From the NCBI GenBank assembly GCA_963815095.1, contig CAWFFH010000003.1, positions 320,001-384,000 on the forward strand: a stretch of 64,000 nucleotides of DNA, written 5' to 3'. Origin of the DNA: Candidatus Bathyarchaeota archaeon. Its GTDB lineage: Archaea; Thermoproteota; Bathyarchaeia; Bathyarchaeales; Bathycorpusculaceae. The first letter of the stretch is position 1; every line of letters begins with the position of its first letter. The notes under the pieces are model-generated. The model was not told where the DNA came from. It was given only the letters and a program-made list of their open reading frames with translations, and searched no databases. A program made the translations under genes and the position numbers. This document shows, one piece after another, positions 48,324-58,885 of this stretch.

Positions 48324-48779
48324 TTATTCCATCCTATTGTTCCATCCGATTTCTTTGGCCATTTCGCCAAGAGTGAAGTGTGGTCCTTTCAGGTTTGCTG
48401 AATTGGCTTCTTCGAATGTTATCATCTTTTGTTCTTTGAACTCAAGTGGGACACCCATGAATACTTTCAGGCGTTTGTAAGCATTTTTGCCTTTAGGCTG
48501 CTTGAATGGAACCATACCGCGTACAGTTTTTCGTAGGAAACGGTCAGGACGGCGGTAATGGAAGGGTCCACGCATTGGGGCGCCAACTTCGAGGAATTTG
48601 TGTGCTTCTAGTACCTTGCTCTTCTTTTTACCAGAAAACACTGCTTTCTCTGCATTGAGTATAATTACTTCTTCTCCGTTTAACAATCGTTTAGCAACTT
48701 TGCTACACATTCGGCCAACGATTAAGCCTTCAGCGTTCACGAAAGTTATTGGGGATTGTGTTGTTTCCATTTTTCTCAC
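48324..48779 (-). CDS. rpl13: 50S ribosomal protein L13
   Basis: GR..S.VAK.LL.G, GPFH.R.P and RGM.P motifs. Confidence 0.96.
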   Translation of the reverse strand: MRKMETTQSPITFVNAEGLIVGRMCSKVAKRLLNGEEVIILNAEKAVFSGKKKSKVLEAHKFLEVGAPMRGPFHYRRPDRFLRKTVRGMVPFKQPKGKNAYKRLKVFMGVPLEFKEQKMITFEEANSANLKGPHFTLGEMAKEIGWNNRME

Positions 48780-49138
48780 CGGATAATTCTTACGTTTGAG
48801 CCTTTGGGATTTTTCTCCATTAACTCGAGGATTGTGATGTATTTTGCTTTAACAGCATTAAGTTTCGCCTTAGCTTTATCGGAGACATCGAATGCGGCCA
48901 CTGTTACAGCATGATCTATACTGCCTGAGGCTAAGATTTTACCTGGAACAACCACTACATCGGCTTTTTTTGTGTGTCTGTTTAGTTTGCTCAGGTTAAC
49001 GGCTATTCTTTGGCTACGTGGTTTAGCTAAGTGGTCAGCAACATCTAGCCAAATTCCTGCCTGCTGTTCTCTGCTTTCTTTCTTTAAAAGACCAATAAGT
49101 TCGATTAATTGGGGGTTTGTAGTTTTAGTTTCTCTCAT
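48776..49138 (-). CDS. rpl18e: 50S ribosomal protein L18e
   Basis: VNLSKLNR, VVVPGKIL..G and NPKGS motifs. Confidence 0.96.
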   Translation of the reverse strand: MRETKTTNPQLIELIGLLKKESREQQAGIWLDVADHLAKPRSQRIAVNLSKLNRHTKKADVVVVPGKILASGSIDHAVTVAAFDVSDKAKAKLNAVKAKYITILELMEKNPKGSNVRIIR

Positions 49139-49950
49139 TGTGGTTCAGCCTTTATTTGTTCTTCAAACTCGTCTAGTTGTTTGCCTAACAGTTTAGTTGC
49201 TTCTCTGAGTACTCGTTCTGGAGGAAGCGCACCTGTAGACTCAATATTCATTACGAAAGCGTTCTTTTCCCATTCAACCTTCAACGGAGATGGTTTTTGT
49301 GGACAGGCATCAACGCAATCCATGCAAAGGTTACATGCCAAAAGGTCTATTACATCAACTTTTTCGTCTTTGATGGCGAGAACTTTTTTGGGACAGATGT
49401 CAACACATTTTGAACAATCTTTACATTTTTCGGCTGGTGGGGTAACTTTTGGGTAGTATTTGTAGGCACACATGGAAACTGGCTGCCATTTTGCATGTGC
49501 TTTGCCTCGGCCAAGCCTTGCATATGCTTCAAGTTTTAGTTTCTGGTTTTTCGCCAGTTTGATAATTGGAATTCTATCTGAAACTGGAACGATTTCAGGG
49601 TTTTCCGAAATTATTTCTCCCGAGTAAACAGTCCTTGTACCATCTCGTGCTTCAGCATCAAGAGTTAATGTTACCCGACAAGAGGGACAACCGAATTCAC
49701 TTTTGCATTCGCATTCTTCTGGAGTGCTGTAAGCATCTAAATCTGTCTTTAATGGAGTAAGACCAAGTCTGTGAGCGATGATTTCATCTTGGAGAATTGA
49801 AGAATTCTCTATCATGACAACTTCTTCAATTGCCATACAGGGAACCTCAGCAAGTGCTAGACGGCGAAGTGCATTCATTAAAGGCACATCCGCATCTTTT
49901 ACCGCTATGCGGAGGTTAATATCATTCTTTTCAAGGACTTCAATTTTCAC
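49135..49950 (-). CDS. rpoD: RNA polymerase subunit Rpo3 (D) with a ferredoxin-like domain
   Basis: NALRR, DE..AHRLGL.P and HAKWQP motifs; two CxxCxxCxxxCP motifs. Confidence 0.96.
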   Translation of the reverse strand: MKIEVLEKNDINLRIAVKDADVPLMNALRRLALAEVPCMAIEEVVMIENSSILQDEIIAHRLGLTPLKTDLDAYSTPEECECKSEFGCPSCRVTLTLDAEARDGTRTVYSGEIISENPEIVPVSDRIPIIKLAKNQKLKLEAYARLGRGKAHAKWQPVSMCAYKYYPKVTPPAEKCKDCSKCVDICPKKVLAIKDEKVDVIDLLACNLCMDCVDACPQKPSPLKVEWEKNAFVMNIESTGALPPERVLREATKLLGKQLDEFEEQIKAEPQ

Positions 49951-49999
49951 TTGCTAGGACACTCCAATAAGTTATTCTCAATAAAGGGGGTATCGCAGA

Positions 50000-50407
50000 T
50001 TAGACTCTTCTGCCTCTTCGACCACCAGGTCTTCTTGTACCGTCGTGGGGAATTGGTGTGACTTCTTCGATGCGTTCAATACGGAAACCGAATCGGGCTA
50101 ATGCTCGGATGGCTGCTTGTGCGCCTGGTCCAGGTGTTCTGGGTCCTGCGCCGCCTGGAGCTCGAACTTTGATGTGGATGGCTGTTATTCCTTTGTCTCG
50201 TGCAATTTCGGCTGCGCCTGTTGATGCACGCATGGCAGCATAGGGTGAAGATTCCATTCTGTCGGCTTTAACGAACATTCCGCCTGTGGTGCGAGCGATG
50301 GTTTCTGCGCCTGATATGTCAGTTATGTGGATTAAGGTGTTGTTGTAGCTGCTGAAGATGTGGACAATTGCCCACTTCTCGTTCCGTTTGTTGTTAGGAG
50401 CGCTCAA
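50000..50407 (-). CDS. rps11: 30S ribosomal protein S11
   Basis: [24 protein letters not shown] and TPIPHD motifs. Confidence 0.97.
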   Translation of the reverse strand: MSAPNNKRNEKWAIVHIFSSYNNTLIHITDISGAETIARTTGGMFVKADRMESSPYAAMRASTGAAEIARDKGITAIHIKVRAPGGAGPRTPGPGAQAAIRALARFGFRIERIEEVTPIPHDGTRRPGGRRGRRV

Positions 50408-50994
50408 AATCTGCCGCCTCCGCGTCCGCCTCTGCGGCCTCTTTGAGGTGGTCTAGCCTCTACTTGTTTAGCCACCACAGTTAATCCAACGCGTAATGCG
50501 TGTTCTTGATTTGCAATTGCGCTTTCAGGTGAATAGACGATTTTTAATTCTAAGTCTTTGGGCACTATGTATCCGGGAATTGTTACTCGGCGTCCGTCGA
50601 TTGTTACGTGTCCATGTGTGATTAATTGGCGTGATTGGAAGACTGTTCTTGCTAATCCCTTGCGGAAGACTATTGTTTGCAATCTGCGTTCCAATATGTC
50701 TTCAATGGTTAAGTCTAATACGTTATCGAGGACTGCGGTCTCCTGCAGAATACCTTTCTTTTTGAGTTGTGCTAGCAGTTCACTCTCCATTTTTGCTCGT
50801 TCTTCAGTGGATTTACTGATGAGTGAACGTGCAATGCTTCTGTTCTTAGACAGAGAAGTCTTGTGGCGCCAGAGTTCATGTTTGTTTCTTAAGCCGAATT
50901 GCCCCAGAAGTTTAAGTTCTTCTTGGAGAACATCTTTTCTCCATCGGAACCTTGGAGTATCAAATTTCTTACGCTGTTTCTTCGGATCTCCCAT
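50404..50994 (-). CDS. rps4: 30S ribosomal protein S4
   Basis: MGDPKK, GLRNK.E and LERRLQT...RQLITHGH motifs. Confidence 0.97.
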   Translation of the reverse strand: MGDPKKQRKKFDTPRFRWRKDVLQEELKLLGQFGLRNKHELWRHKTSLSKNRSIARSLISKSTEERAKMESELLAQLKKKGILQETAVLDNVLDLTIEDILERRLQTIVFRKGLARTVFQSRQLITHGHVTIDGRRVTIPGYIVPKDLELKIVYSPESAIANQEHALRVGLTVVAKQVEARPPQRGRRGGRGGGRF

Positions 50995-50996
50995 GT

Positions 50997-51485
50997 TTAT
51001 TTGCCTCCTTCAGCTGCTGCACCTGGCTTTTGCATTAGAGTCTTCTTCTTAACTCCCAACGCTTTCCCTGCTCTTCCAGTGGTCTTTGTTCTTTGACCGC
51101 GCACTTTTAAGCTATAGGCATGACGATATCCACGCCAAGACCTAATTTCTTTAGCTTGATCAATATCAGTTTTAATTTTCAATGCAAGGTCTGCACTCAA
51201 CACGTGTTGGTCTTTTCCAGAGTCAGTGTCTTTTCGACGATTGAACATCCAGCTTGGTATGCCGTATTTTACTGGGTCTTTAATAACATCTTCAATTTTT
51301 GATATGTCTGACTCTGTGATAAAGCCCACACGCAGGTCAGGGTTTACGCCTGCCTTTTTGAGGATCGCGTTTGCAAGGGCTGAACTTACGCCTTTGACTT
51401 CCGCTACCGCGTAAGAAGTCTTAAGGGTACCTTGAACATCTGTACCCATTATACGAAGTATATAGCGATATTCCTGCTGTGACAT
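50997..51485 (-). CDS. rps13: 30S ribosomal protein S13
   Basis: IP.W..NRRKD and RG.RH...[13 protein letters not shown] motifs. Confidence 0.97.
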   Translation of the reverse strand: MSQQEYRYILRIMGTDVQGTLKTSYAVAEVKGVSSALANAILKKAGVNPDLRVGFITESDISKIEDVIKDPVKYGIPSWMFNRRKDTDSGKDQHVLSADLALKIKTDIDQAKEIRSWRGYRHAYSLKVRGQRTKTTGRAGKALGVKKKTLMQKPGAAAEGGK

Positions 51486-51594
51486 GCTAAGTTTTCATCC
51501 GTTTTTTAACTTTAAAGCATATACGAAATATGGCGGTATTTATTTAAACCTTCTCTTCTAAAAACTATCATCAACCGTTAACGAAAAAAGCATG

Positions 51595-53790
51595 TTACAA
51601 CGCTATTACACTTAAAGGCGCTAAATCTTTCTTTAAATTGTCAAAGCTTTCTTGTATTCTCTTGATTAACTCACTGTCTACAATTATGTCAAGACCGACG
51701 TACTTTGCTTTATTATATTCACCATTATAGGTTATGACGTCTTCAACGAAGTGTCTTTTCTCATATAGTTGTTTGATTTTTAAGGCTTCCAGTTCATTTT
51801 CATTGATGGACAAGACAGAATACATGATTGCACAAGCCGCTCCAAATTCCAAGCCACTGGTGTCTACCCCATGTTTTTGGGCTAAATGGATTGTACCCAT
51901 AATTCGTTCGCCACTTTGAAGTTTTCTGAGAGGATCTCTCCCGACCCTTGAACACTTGTCCTTAAAAGAAGCTCGGCATCGTTTAAGAAAATCAGAAGCT
52001 ATTGAATTAATGTATTTTTTAGAAACAGGATTTTCAATTAGCAATGCAGGCATAATTTCACCTTTAATTATGTATTCAGCAAGCTTCGATACTCTTGAAT
52101 CGCCCATACCTTGACCTATAGTTTTATACCCCAGAAGTGCAGAGTACCAAGCAATTATTGCATGTGTTCCGTTTGAAAGCTTATTTTTTATTTCTTGCAT
52201 CGCTCTTATGTTGTCAACCGTAACCACCTGCCGTAATCGGTCCAAAAGGGGGCTTCCTTTACTGGCATAAATCGGCATTTCTGGTTCACTACTGAATAGG
52301 GTGACATTTAGTTTTGATAGTTGGTTAGCAAACTTGGTTACAGAGGACATATAGTCAGCAACATGAATTGTTTGGTAAATTGCTTGATTTTCGTTCTTTG
52401 TGGATTTTTGACGTTTTGGGAATTTGTTTTCTGCAAAAAATGCATGTGAAAACTCTAAAACTTCCTCCATTTTCCCTGAATATTCCAAGATGCTGTTGTG
52501 CATTTTATATAATTCGTTCTGTAAGTTTGAAAGAATAACCTCATCGGAAATTTTTGAAACCATTCTATTGACAACTGTTTCAGTGAAAAATGTGCTATCC
52601 ACAATTTCTTTGGCTTTTTCTTCACCAGCTAACTGGGTAATAGCATTCTCAACATGATTTCTAACAAATTTGGCTGAATTAATCTTGTTCATGACAATAA
52701 GCAACGTTAGGCTTTTATCGCCGCTGCCATATCTTTCAATCAATCCCTTAGCAATCATTTTCGCCTGAGATCTAATGGCGTATTCTGGAAGAGACAGCCC
52801 TACAATTTGCGCTTTCTTATACATCTCAATTATCTGTTCTTCATCATTCATGTCAATAATTTTTACGTTTGAAATTGTTTGAAAGTATGCAAGGCTCTCG
52901 TATTTCACATTATATTTTCCTAACGCGTTTACCAGTTGGCGTTTAAGGCTGTCGTTTGTAGCTGCGATTATTTGCCGCGGTCTAGTATATCCATCCCAAT
53001 GAGAAAAAATTTGGGCGAGGTACCCACCGCCCATTGCACCAAACCCGTGTATTCCTACAACTGTGTAACCGATACTCTGTGGAAAATGTTCATTAAGGGT
53101 CGGTATTGGCATCTTTGGCATCTGCAGAATAAGCTCATCTAAAAAATCAGTCATTTTTTCGTATGATCTATAAGCTAGGGCTTTAACTTCGGAATAGGGT
53201 TCTTTTATGTCCTTAATGAAAATCGGTATACCGCCTGCAGCGCTTGCAGATAAGAGACCGTTTTGTGAATCTTCAAAAATAAAGCAGTTGCCCAGCTCAC
53301 AGTTTAGTTCACTTGCTGCTTTGAGGAATATTGCAGGGTGAGGTTTCCCCTTTTCAACATCCTCACCACATACTACTACGTCGAAGAATCTGAGGACCCT
53401 TGCGTTGAGCAGATATTCTTCGGCGATTTCTCTTCGGCTTGATGTAGCCAACGCGATAAGCACCCCATTTTTCTTGAGACGTTCAAGTAAGTTATAAAGA
53501 CCCCTCTTAACTGGTACCCCGTTCTCTCGTACGTACCCTCTTTCTAGTATATCTGCGCGTTCTCTTATTTCTTTATACGGATAGTCTTCACCATAACATT
53601 CTTTTGCCAGCTTTTCAGCAGTTACAGCGCTTACCCCAAGAGAATCGTAAAGGATTTGGTCCGAAATTTCTTGTCCAAAGATTTCCTCAGAGGCCCGTTT
53701 AAGCATCTTGAAACGTAGGCGTTCGGTATCAAATATCGTGCCGTCCATGTCGAAAATGACAGCCTCTAATGTCTTATTCTGAAAAATCAT
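51595..53790 (-). CDS. mtlD: Bifunctional mannitol-1-phosphate dehydrogenase/phosphatase (HAD + M1PDH)
   Basis: HAD motifs FDMDGT, GKPHP and FEDS.NG; dehydrogenase motifs GIHGFGAMGGGY, TVVNRMV, KN.L.NG.HA and RVGRDPLRKL. The architecture matches my recollection of Acinetobacter MtlD. Confidence 0.88.
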   Translation of the reverse strand: MIFQNKTLEAVIFDMDGTIFDTERLRFKMLKRASEEIFGQEISDQILYDSLGVSAVTAEKLAKECYGEDYPYKEIRERADILERGYVRENGVPVKRGLYNLLERLKKNGVLIALATSSRREIAEEYLLNARVLRFFDVVVCGEDVEKGKPHPAIFLKAASELNCELGNCFIFEDSQNGLLSASAAGGIPIFIKDIKEPYSEVKALAYRSYEKMTDFLDELILQMPKMPIPTLNEHFPQSIGYTVVGIHGFGAMGGGYLAQIFSHWDGYTRPRQIIAATNDSLKRQLVNALGKYNVKYESLAYFQTISNVKIIDMNDEEQIIEMYKKAQIVGLSLPEYAIRSQAKMIAKGLIERYGSGDKSLTLLIVMNKINSAKFVRNHVENAITQLAGEEKAKEIVDSTFFTETVVNRMVSKISDEVILSNLQNELYKMHNSILEYSGKMEEVLEFSHAFFAENKFPKRQKSTKNENQAIYQTIHVADYMSSVTKFANQLSKLNVTLFSSEPEMPIYASKGSPLLDRLRQVVTVDNIRAMQEIKNKLSNGTHAIIAWYSALLGYKTIGQGMGDSRVSKLAEYIIKGEIMPALLIENPVSKKYINSIASDFLKRCRASFKDKCSRVGRDPLRKLQSGERIMGTIHLAQKHGVDTSGLEFGAACAIMYSVLSINENELEALKIKQLYEKRHFVEDVITYNGEYNKAKYVGLDIIVDSELIKRIQESFDNLKKDLAPLSVIAL

Positions 53791-54089
53791 CCTTGTTCCC
53801 CCTATTTTCTGTTACAGTGTGAAGCTTTTCTTATAAGTTTATATACAGAAAATCAAGAAAATAGTCAAATTTTTACACAAAAAATTGTATGTTTATGTAG
53901 AGTTTACTAAAATATTCCACCTACATTGCATCCTATGAAGAAAAAGTCTTCAAGGGTGAAATTGTTCTGCAAAACAATTAAAGAACCAGCCTTGGAGAAT
54001 AACGCATAAAAGGAACTTCAGGTCTGCATCGCGTTTTAATGAGCATTATCATGTTGAAAAGCAGTTTTTAGAAGAACATATCCAACGAA

Positions 54090-54347
54090 TCAAGCCTGCT
54101 CAACAACGTCTATAACGTTGACGGTTGAGTTTATCCATCTCAAGTAAGCGTTTAACATCGCACGCAGGGCAACCGTGTCCTCTGCCTCAGCCGTTAATAA
54201 AAGAAATAAGCCATCCTCTTCAAGTTTTATGTTGGCGCGTTTGGTCGGTTGCGAGTTGGCTTCAGGCCTTAAAGCGCTAAGGATAGTGGAGATTTGTTTT
54301 CGTGATTGGAACTTTATACGCATGTAAGCTTTTGCTTTGGTTGACAT
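54090..54347 (-). CDS. pcc1: KEOPS complex subunit Pcc1
   Basis: AL.PE...; A.D..ALRA..N.YLRWI. Confidence 0.88.
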   Translation of the reverse strand: MSTKAKAYMRIKFQSRKQISTILSALRPEANSQPTKRANIKLEEDGLFLLLTAEAEDTVALRAMLNAYLRWINSTVNVIDVVEQA

Positions 54348-54440
54348 TCAAGGTGCCGTATGTTAACATGATTTACTCAGTAATAAACAGAAAAACTAAA
54401 AATATACTATATATAAAAATTAAAGAAAGAAAAGAAAGGT

Positions 54441-54764
54441 TTACTCGGTTGTTTCTTCTTCAGTTGCCGACTCAACAGCCGCCACAGCTTTCGCAGTTTC
54501 TTCAACTGGCGCGCCTTTGGCTGCCCGCTTGGCCACAACACCTAGCTTAGTGACAGGTGTGTATGCTCCGCCTGCAAAAGTGTATTCACACTTGCTGCAT
54601 TTCCAAATGCCTACGCTTTCTCGCTTTACGCGGGTAAAGCCACATTGTGGGCACCGGTGGGGCTTCTTGAGTTCAATCATTACTTTCATGTAGCGTTTTC
54701 TAACTGTTGATCCGTAACGTACTCCTAAACCTCGTGTTGGACCTACCTTCTTCATCTTAGGCAA
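54441..54764 (-). CDS. rpl37ae: 50S ribosomal protein L37ae
   Basis: G.RYG...RK, CPQC, GIW.C.KC...FAGGAY.P motifs; acidic C-terminal extension. Confidence 0.96.
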   Translation of the reverse strand: MPKMKKVGPTRGLGVRYGSTVRKRYMKVMIELKKPHRCPQCGFTRVKRESVGIWKCSKCEYTFAGGAYTPVTKLGVVAKRAAKGAPVEETAKAVAAVESATEEETTE

Positions 54765-54772
54765 CTTTTATC

Positions 54773-55564
54773 TCACCAATCTAGTTTCTTGCGCAGTTCT
54801 GCTGCTTTGTCCAGAGCAATCTTTGAGGCTTCTAAAATCTGTTGTGGTGTGAAATATCCTGAGCCGCCCTTCTGAATGGCGCAAATGGTTCCGTCTTCTT
54901 TGGTTGCGAATGTTATGCGTGAGTCCATGACTTGTTCTTCTTCTGCTGAGGGGTCACTGATTAGGTGGTTGTTGATTTTGCCTGTGGTGACTGTTACCGG
55001 GTGACTCTTTACGGGTAACGGTGTGTAGCCTTGTTTGATTTTTAATTCGCCGTCTTTGATTTCGTAGTTAGGCATTTTAGTGTTCATTAACGCAGCCATT
55101 GCGGCCATTGCAGAAGCGTCAATCAAGTTTCCATCATGATTCAGCACGTAAATGTCAACGAAAACCACGAAAACCTTCTTGCCTGCTTCAATGACTAGTT
55201 TTTCATTGTCGATGCATTTTGATTCTCTGATACCTCTGTCGACAACACGGGCTAATTCGATTGAGTTTTCGTCTGGTGGTCCAGGTTCAAAGTTTGGTGA
55301 GGCAACGGGGACTAGTTCTGCGTTTACGGTTAAGACGCCTTCGTTTGGTGTATCTGGGAAAGGTTCGCCTGTTCCAACTTTTACGCCGACGAGGATCTGA
55401 GTTTTTCCGAGGTAAACTCTTGCTGAGCCTTCAGCTTTCTCTATTACGCCTTGTTCGATTTTGATTTCGCGGGTATCGAGTAAGCCTCTATCGTCTAGTC
55501 GTTTGCCTTTCTCGATTAGTTGTTCTATTTGTTTTAGCTTAACTTTAGTTACAAGTGATGACAT
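54773..55564 (-). CDS. rrp42: Exosome complex component Rrp42
   Basis: R.D.R, PFPDTP.EG, FEPGPPDE..IELARVVDRGIRES and DGN..DA motifs. Confidence 0.96.
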   Translation of the reverse strand: MSSLVTKVKLKQIEQLIEKGKRLDDRGLLDTREIKIEQGVIEKAEGSARVYLGKTQILVGVKVGTGEPFPDTPNEGVLTVNAELVPVASPNFEPGPPDENSIELARVVDRGIRESKCIDNEKLVIEAGKKVFVVFVDIYVLNHDGNLIDASAMAAMAALMNTKMPNYEIKDGELKIKQGYTPLPVKSHPVTVTTGKINNHLISDPSAEEEQVMDSRITFATKEDGTICAIQKGGSGYFTPQQILEASKIALDKAAELRKKLDW

Positions 55565-56298
55565 TATTCTTCAACCTCTTTAACAACCATGTATTTGGTC
55601 TTTAACGCTTCTTTTTGCATTTCATAGATTTTTTTGCAGCCTTCTATTGCCATATTTACGGCTTTCTCGAATTCAGCGGGTTCCAAAATTCCATCCATCT
55701 GCAAGAGTGTAACTGCATTTAAGCTCGGCATGTAAGCAACTGGAACATCTGCAGCACCAAGTTTGTCCTCTGCGTCATAAAGGTCGAGAACTACGGTATC
55801 ATCAACTTTTCCTGCTGCACACCCTACAACTAAGTCGCGCATTGGAACGCCAGAATCAGCGATTGCTAGAGCAGCAGCGGTAATAGCTGCGCATCTTGTT
55901 CCTCCGTCAGCTTGTAGAATTTCGACGTAAACGTCGACACCTGTTCGTGGGTATAGTTCGAGGAATAGGGCTGGTTCAAGGGATTCTTTTATTACTTTTG
56001 AGAGTTCAACTTCTCTTCGGGATGGTGCGGGGGATTTTCGTTCCTGTACGGAAAAAGGCGCCATGTGATAACGAACTTTTAACACCATACGGTCAGCTTG
56101 CATGAGGTGTTTTGGATGTACTTCACGTGGACCGAATGCTGCGGCTAAAATCTTGTTTTTTCCATGTTCAACATAGGCTGATCCATCAGCGTTTGACAAA
56201 ACGCCTACTTGAAGTTTAACAGGGCGAAGTTCATCCGCTTTTCTACCGTCTAATCGGATGCCTTTCTTATCAATTAATTTATCTGGTTTTTCATTCAA
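55564..56298 (-). CDS. rrp41: Exosome complex exonuclease Rrp41
   Basis: R.DGR...ELRP, GPRE.HP, MAPFS..ERK and QADGGTR motifs. Confidence 0.96.
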   Translation of the reverse strand: MNEKPDKLIDKKGIRLDGRKADELRPVKLQVGVLSNADGSAYVEHGKNKILAAAFGPREVHPKHLMQADRMVLKVRYHMAPFSVQERKSPAPSRREVELSKVIKESLEPALFLELYPRTGVDVYVEILQADGGTRCAAITAAALAIADSGVPMRDLVVGCAAGKVDDTVVLDLYDAEDKLGAADVPVAYMPSLNAVTLLQMDGILEPAEFEKAVNMAIEGCKKIYEMQKEALKTKYMVVKEVEE

Positions 56299-57019
56299 CT
56301 TTATTTTCCTCCACTTTACTTAATTTCTTTTCTTTTAGCAATTGTGTTATGCGATCAGTAAGACCGCTTGTGTGGGATTCTTCCTCAATTTTTCGAATCA
56401 CACTTATGGCAAGGTCCTCTTCTTCCAAATTTTTGCCTGTGACCAAGATAACGCCGTTTAAGCCGAGGATGATTTGGCAGTTGGTTTCTTGTTTAATCAT
56501 TGAAATCATTGAACCTTTACGTCCGATAATGCGTGGAATCTTTGTCGGGGTCACATGAAGGATTTGGCCTCGAGTAATCTTTCCCATTCCTGGTTCGCCG
56601 ACTGTGAGTTGTGGGTCATGTGCTCGATCGAAAGTTGCGATTTTGGCAACAATTAAGTCGCCTGCAGTCAATATCTGGGACAACTCGTCGTTTTGAGGCT
56701 TAAAGGGTCGACTCAACACATCCGACGCGCGAAGCATTGCTGTGTAGGGTGCTTTGATGTCAACGGTCCAGCCGTTGAATCCTACTTCAATGACTGTTCC
56801 AATCACTATGTCACCCATTTTCGGCACGTAAAAAGCCCTTAATGCAACAACGTTTACTTTTTTATTGTCACTGTCTACGAGTCCAATCCTTGAGGCATAA
56901 ATCTTGCCTGCTTCCACATACGTGTTTTCGCCAGGTAAATAGTCGCCTTCAGCGAGCATTTCTCCGGGCGTAACAAGCTGTTTTTTTTCAAAGAATGTTG
57001 GCATAAAATCACCTATCAT
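56291..57019 (-). CDS. rrp4: Exosome RNA-binding protein Rrp4
   Basis: V.PG, Y.P..GD.VIG (S1 domain), IPRIIG.KGSM (KH domain) and HTSGLTD motifs. Confidence 0.95.
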   Translation of the reverse strand: MIGDFMPTFFEKKQLVTPGEMLAEGDYLPGENTYVEAGKIYASRIGLVDSDNKKVNVVALRAFYVPKMGDIVIGTVIEVGFNGWTVDIKAPYTAMLRASDVLSRPFKPQNDELSQILTAGDLIVAKIATFDRAHDPQLTVGEPGMGKITRGQILHVTPTKIPRIIGRKGSMISMIKQETNCQIILGLNGVILVTGKNLEEEDLAISVIRKIEEESHTSGLTDRITQLLKEKKLSKVEENKVE

Positions 57020-57030
57020 TTTTTACATTA

Positions 57031-57720
57031 CTATGAGATTATTTTTGCTTCTCCTGTTCCTTTGGTTGCGTCGCCAAGCTTGTTTATCAGCGAAGCGTAA
57101 GATCCTGCGGGTAATTCAAGCTCGCCATACCATGAACCGTCACCGCGCCATTCTTCCCGTTTAATAGTACCCAATGTTTTGATTGTACCGTAAGCTCTTG
57201 CGGCATGCTGTGTTGGTATTTTGACTGCAACTGTGACTTGTTCGATTTTCAAGGGTAAAATGGGACGCAACAGTTTAACTATGTCTTTAGCCTGCTCTTC
57301 CACAGACTTGTATGGGTCAATTGGATAACGAATCTGCTCCATCGCATTTTCGATGCGTGCAGGCGGATGCGGCAAATTTGTTTTAGGGTCTACTGCTTGT
57401 CGGGAAATAAAATCTATAACTGTCCTTTTTTTGTCTTCGACCATTTTCCGTCTTTGGTCAGTTGTTAGTTGCAAAGTTCCTTTTTTTAGGATTTCATCTG
57501 CAATTTTTAGTGGGTCACATGTTTTGAAGGCCTTTTTCATGGTTTCTTCAGAAACTTTAGTGCCCTTGTTTGCGTCAGCAAAAATCATTTCAGCGGCTAA
57601 AACCTCAGTTATGCTTGAGATTTTGCCGTTTCGGTAGTCGAGCGCTTTGTTAGGCTTAACTAATATTTCAAAATGTTCATTTTCTCTTGTCAAGCGCGCG
57701 ACGGTGAACTTTTCGCTCAT
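57031..57720 (-). CDS. Ribosome maturation factor SBDS
   Basis: FEILV.P, GTLQLTT.QR and DP.T..PHPP.RIE.AM motifs. Confidence 0.95.
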   Translation of the reverse strand: MSEKFTVARLTRENEHFEILVKPNKALDYRNGKISSITEVLAAEMIFADANKGTKVSEETMKKAFKTCDPLKIADEILKKGTLQLTTDQRRKMVEDKKRTVIDFISRQAVDPKTNLPHPPARIENAMEQIRYPIDPYKSVEEQAKDIVKLLRPILPLKIEQVTVAVKIPTQHAARAYGTIKTLGTIKREEWRGDGSWYGELELPAGSYASLINKLGDATKGTGEAKIIS

Positions 57721-57727
57721 TATTTTT

Positions 57728-58456
57728 TCACTTGCTTGAACCCTGCTCTTTGATGTAGCCTTCCACTGTGTTGTCGTTTAGCATTTCCATTTTCTGTGTC
57801 GCTGCGGGAATAATTGCGATCTTAATTCTTGGCGGTAGCTGGCGTGCTTCGAGGGCTTTGACTAAGCATTTAACTGCGAGTTTTATGCTGTTATCAAGGG
57901 TTAGGTCTTCTTTGTATTCTTCTTTCAGAATGCCCAGAACCGTTTCTCTTCCTGCGCCCAATGCTGTGGCTTTGTATCCTCTGTAGGTTCCGCTTGGATG
58001 TGTTCCAAAGACGCGTGTTCCTGTTTTGTCAACTCCTCCAAAGATTATTGAAACTCCGAAGGGTCGGACACCTGCGTGTTGGGTGTACATCTGTTGGATG
58101 TCACAAATACGTTTAGTTACGACTTCAATATCTATGGGTTCGTCATAGGTTAGTTTGTTACTTTGAGCGTATATTCTTGCTTGGTCAATTAGAATTCTAG
58201 CGTCGGAACTCAACCCGACTATGGCTGCGCCAATATGGTCATCTACTCTGAAGAGTTTCCATGAATACCCTGCTTCTTCAAGGACTTCGATGTTCTCTTC
58301 TGAACCGAGAACCAATCCTTCGGTTGATTGGATGCCTATAATGGTGGCTCCGCGGTTCACAAGTTCCATCGCGTATTCTACTTGGAAGAGTCGTCCATCA
58401 GGCGAGAAAACGGTAATGGCACGGTCATATGCTCCTGGTGCTGCAAATACAGACAT
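57728..58456 (-). CDS. psmA: Proteasome subunit alpha
   Basis: YDRAITVFSPDGRLFQVEYA and GVRPFGVS motifs. Confidence 0.97.
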   Translation of the reverse strand: MSVFAAPGAYDRAITVFSPDGRLFQVEYAMELVNRGATIIGIQSTEGLVLGSEENIEVLEEAGYSWKLFRVDDHIGAAIVGLSSDARILIDQARIYAQSNKLTYDEPIDIEVVTKRICDIQQMYTQHAGVRPFGVSIIFGGVDKTGTRVFGTHPSGTYRGYKATALGAGRETVLGILKEEYKEDLTLDNSIKLAVKCLVKALEARQLPPRIKIAIIPAATQKMEMLNDNTVEGYIKEQGSSK

Positions 58457-58885
58457 AATGTTAACCTCACTTTACACTATACACTTTTTCACAGTCTCAT
58501 ACAATAACTACACTAAAAACCTTTCCTATAAAAGCAAAACCCAATTGACCATAGTTTGAAGATTTGAAACCGGTTCTATCGGATGAAGACATGGATAGGG
58601 GAAAATCCTGAAGCCTCTTGCCTAGAAAAATAAGTACCCATTTTGTATAAAACATTCAAAATATAACAGCACATTGACTTCAGCTGGACTTAAGTCTAAA
58701 AAATCGATCTGATCACCTATAAGCGATCAGGTTAACGAAGTGGAAATCTTCAGATTTGCTCCCTACTGATTCTCCAAAAAAATTATTGTTTAGCGCAATT
58801 GGTATTTATAGTTTGCAAGCCATACTTGTGGCTGTATTTTCCAGAAGGGAAGGGAATGGCGACTCAAACAACAGGGGGACACACT

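Noticed and set aside
49135-49950. Two Fe-S motifs in RpoD as a novelty
   Set aside because: A ferredoxin-like domain in archaeal Rpo3 is already well known.
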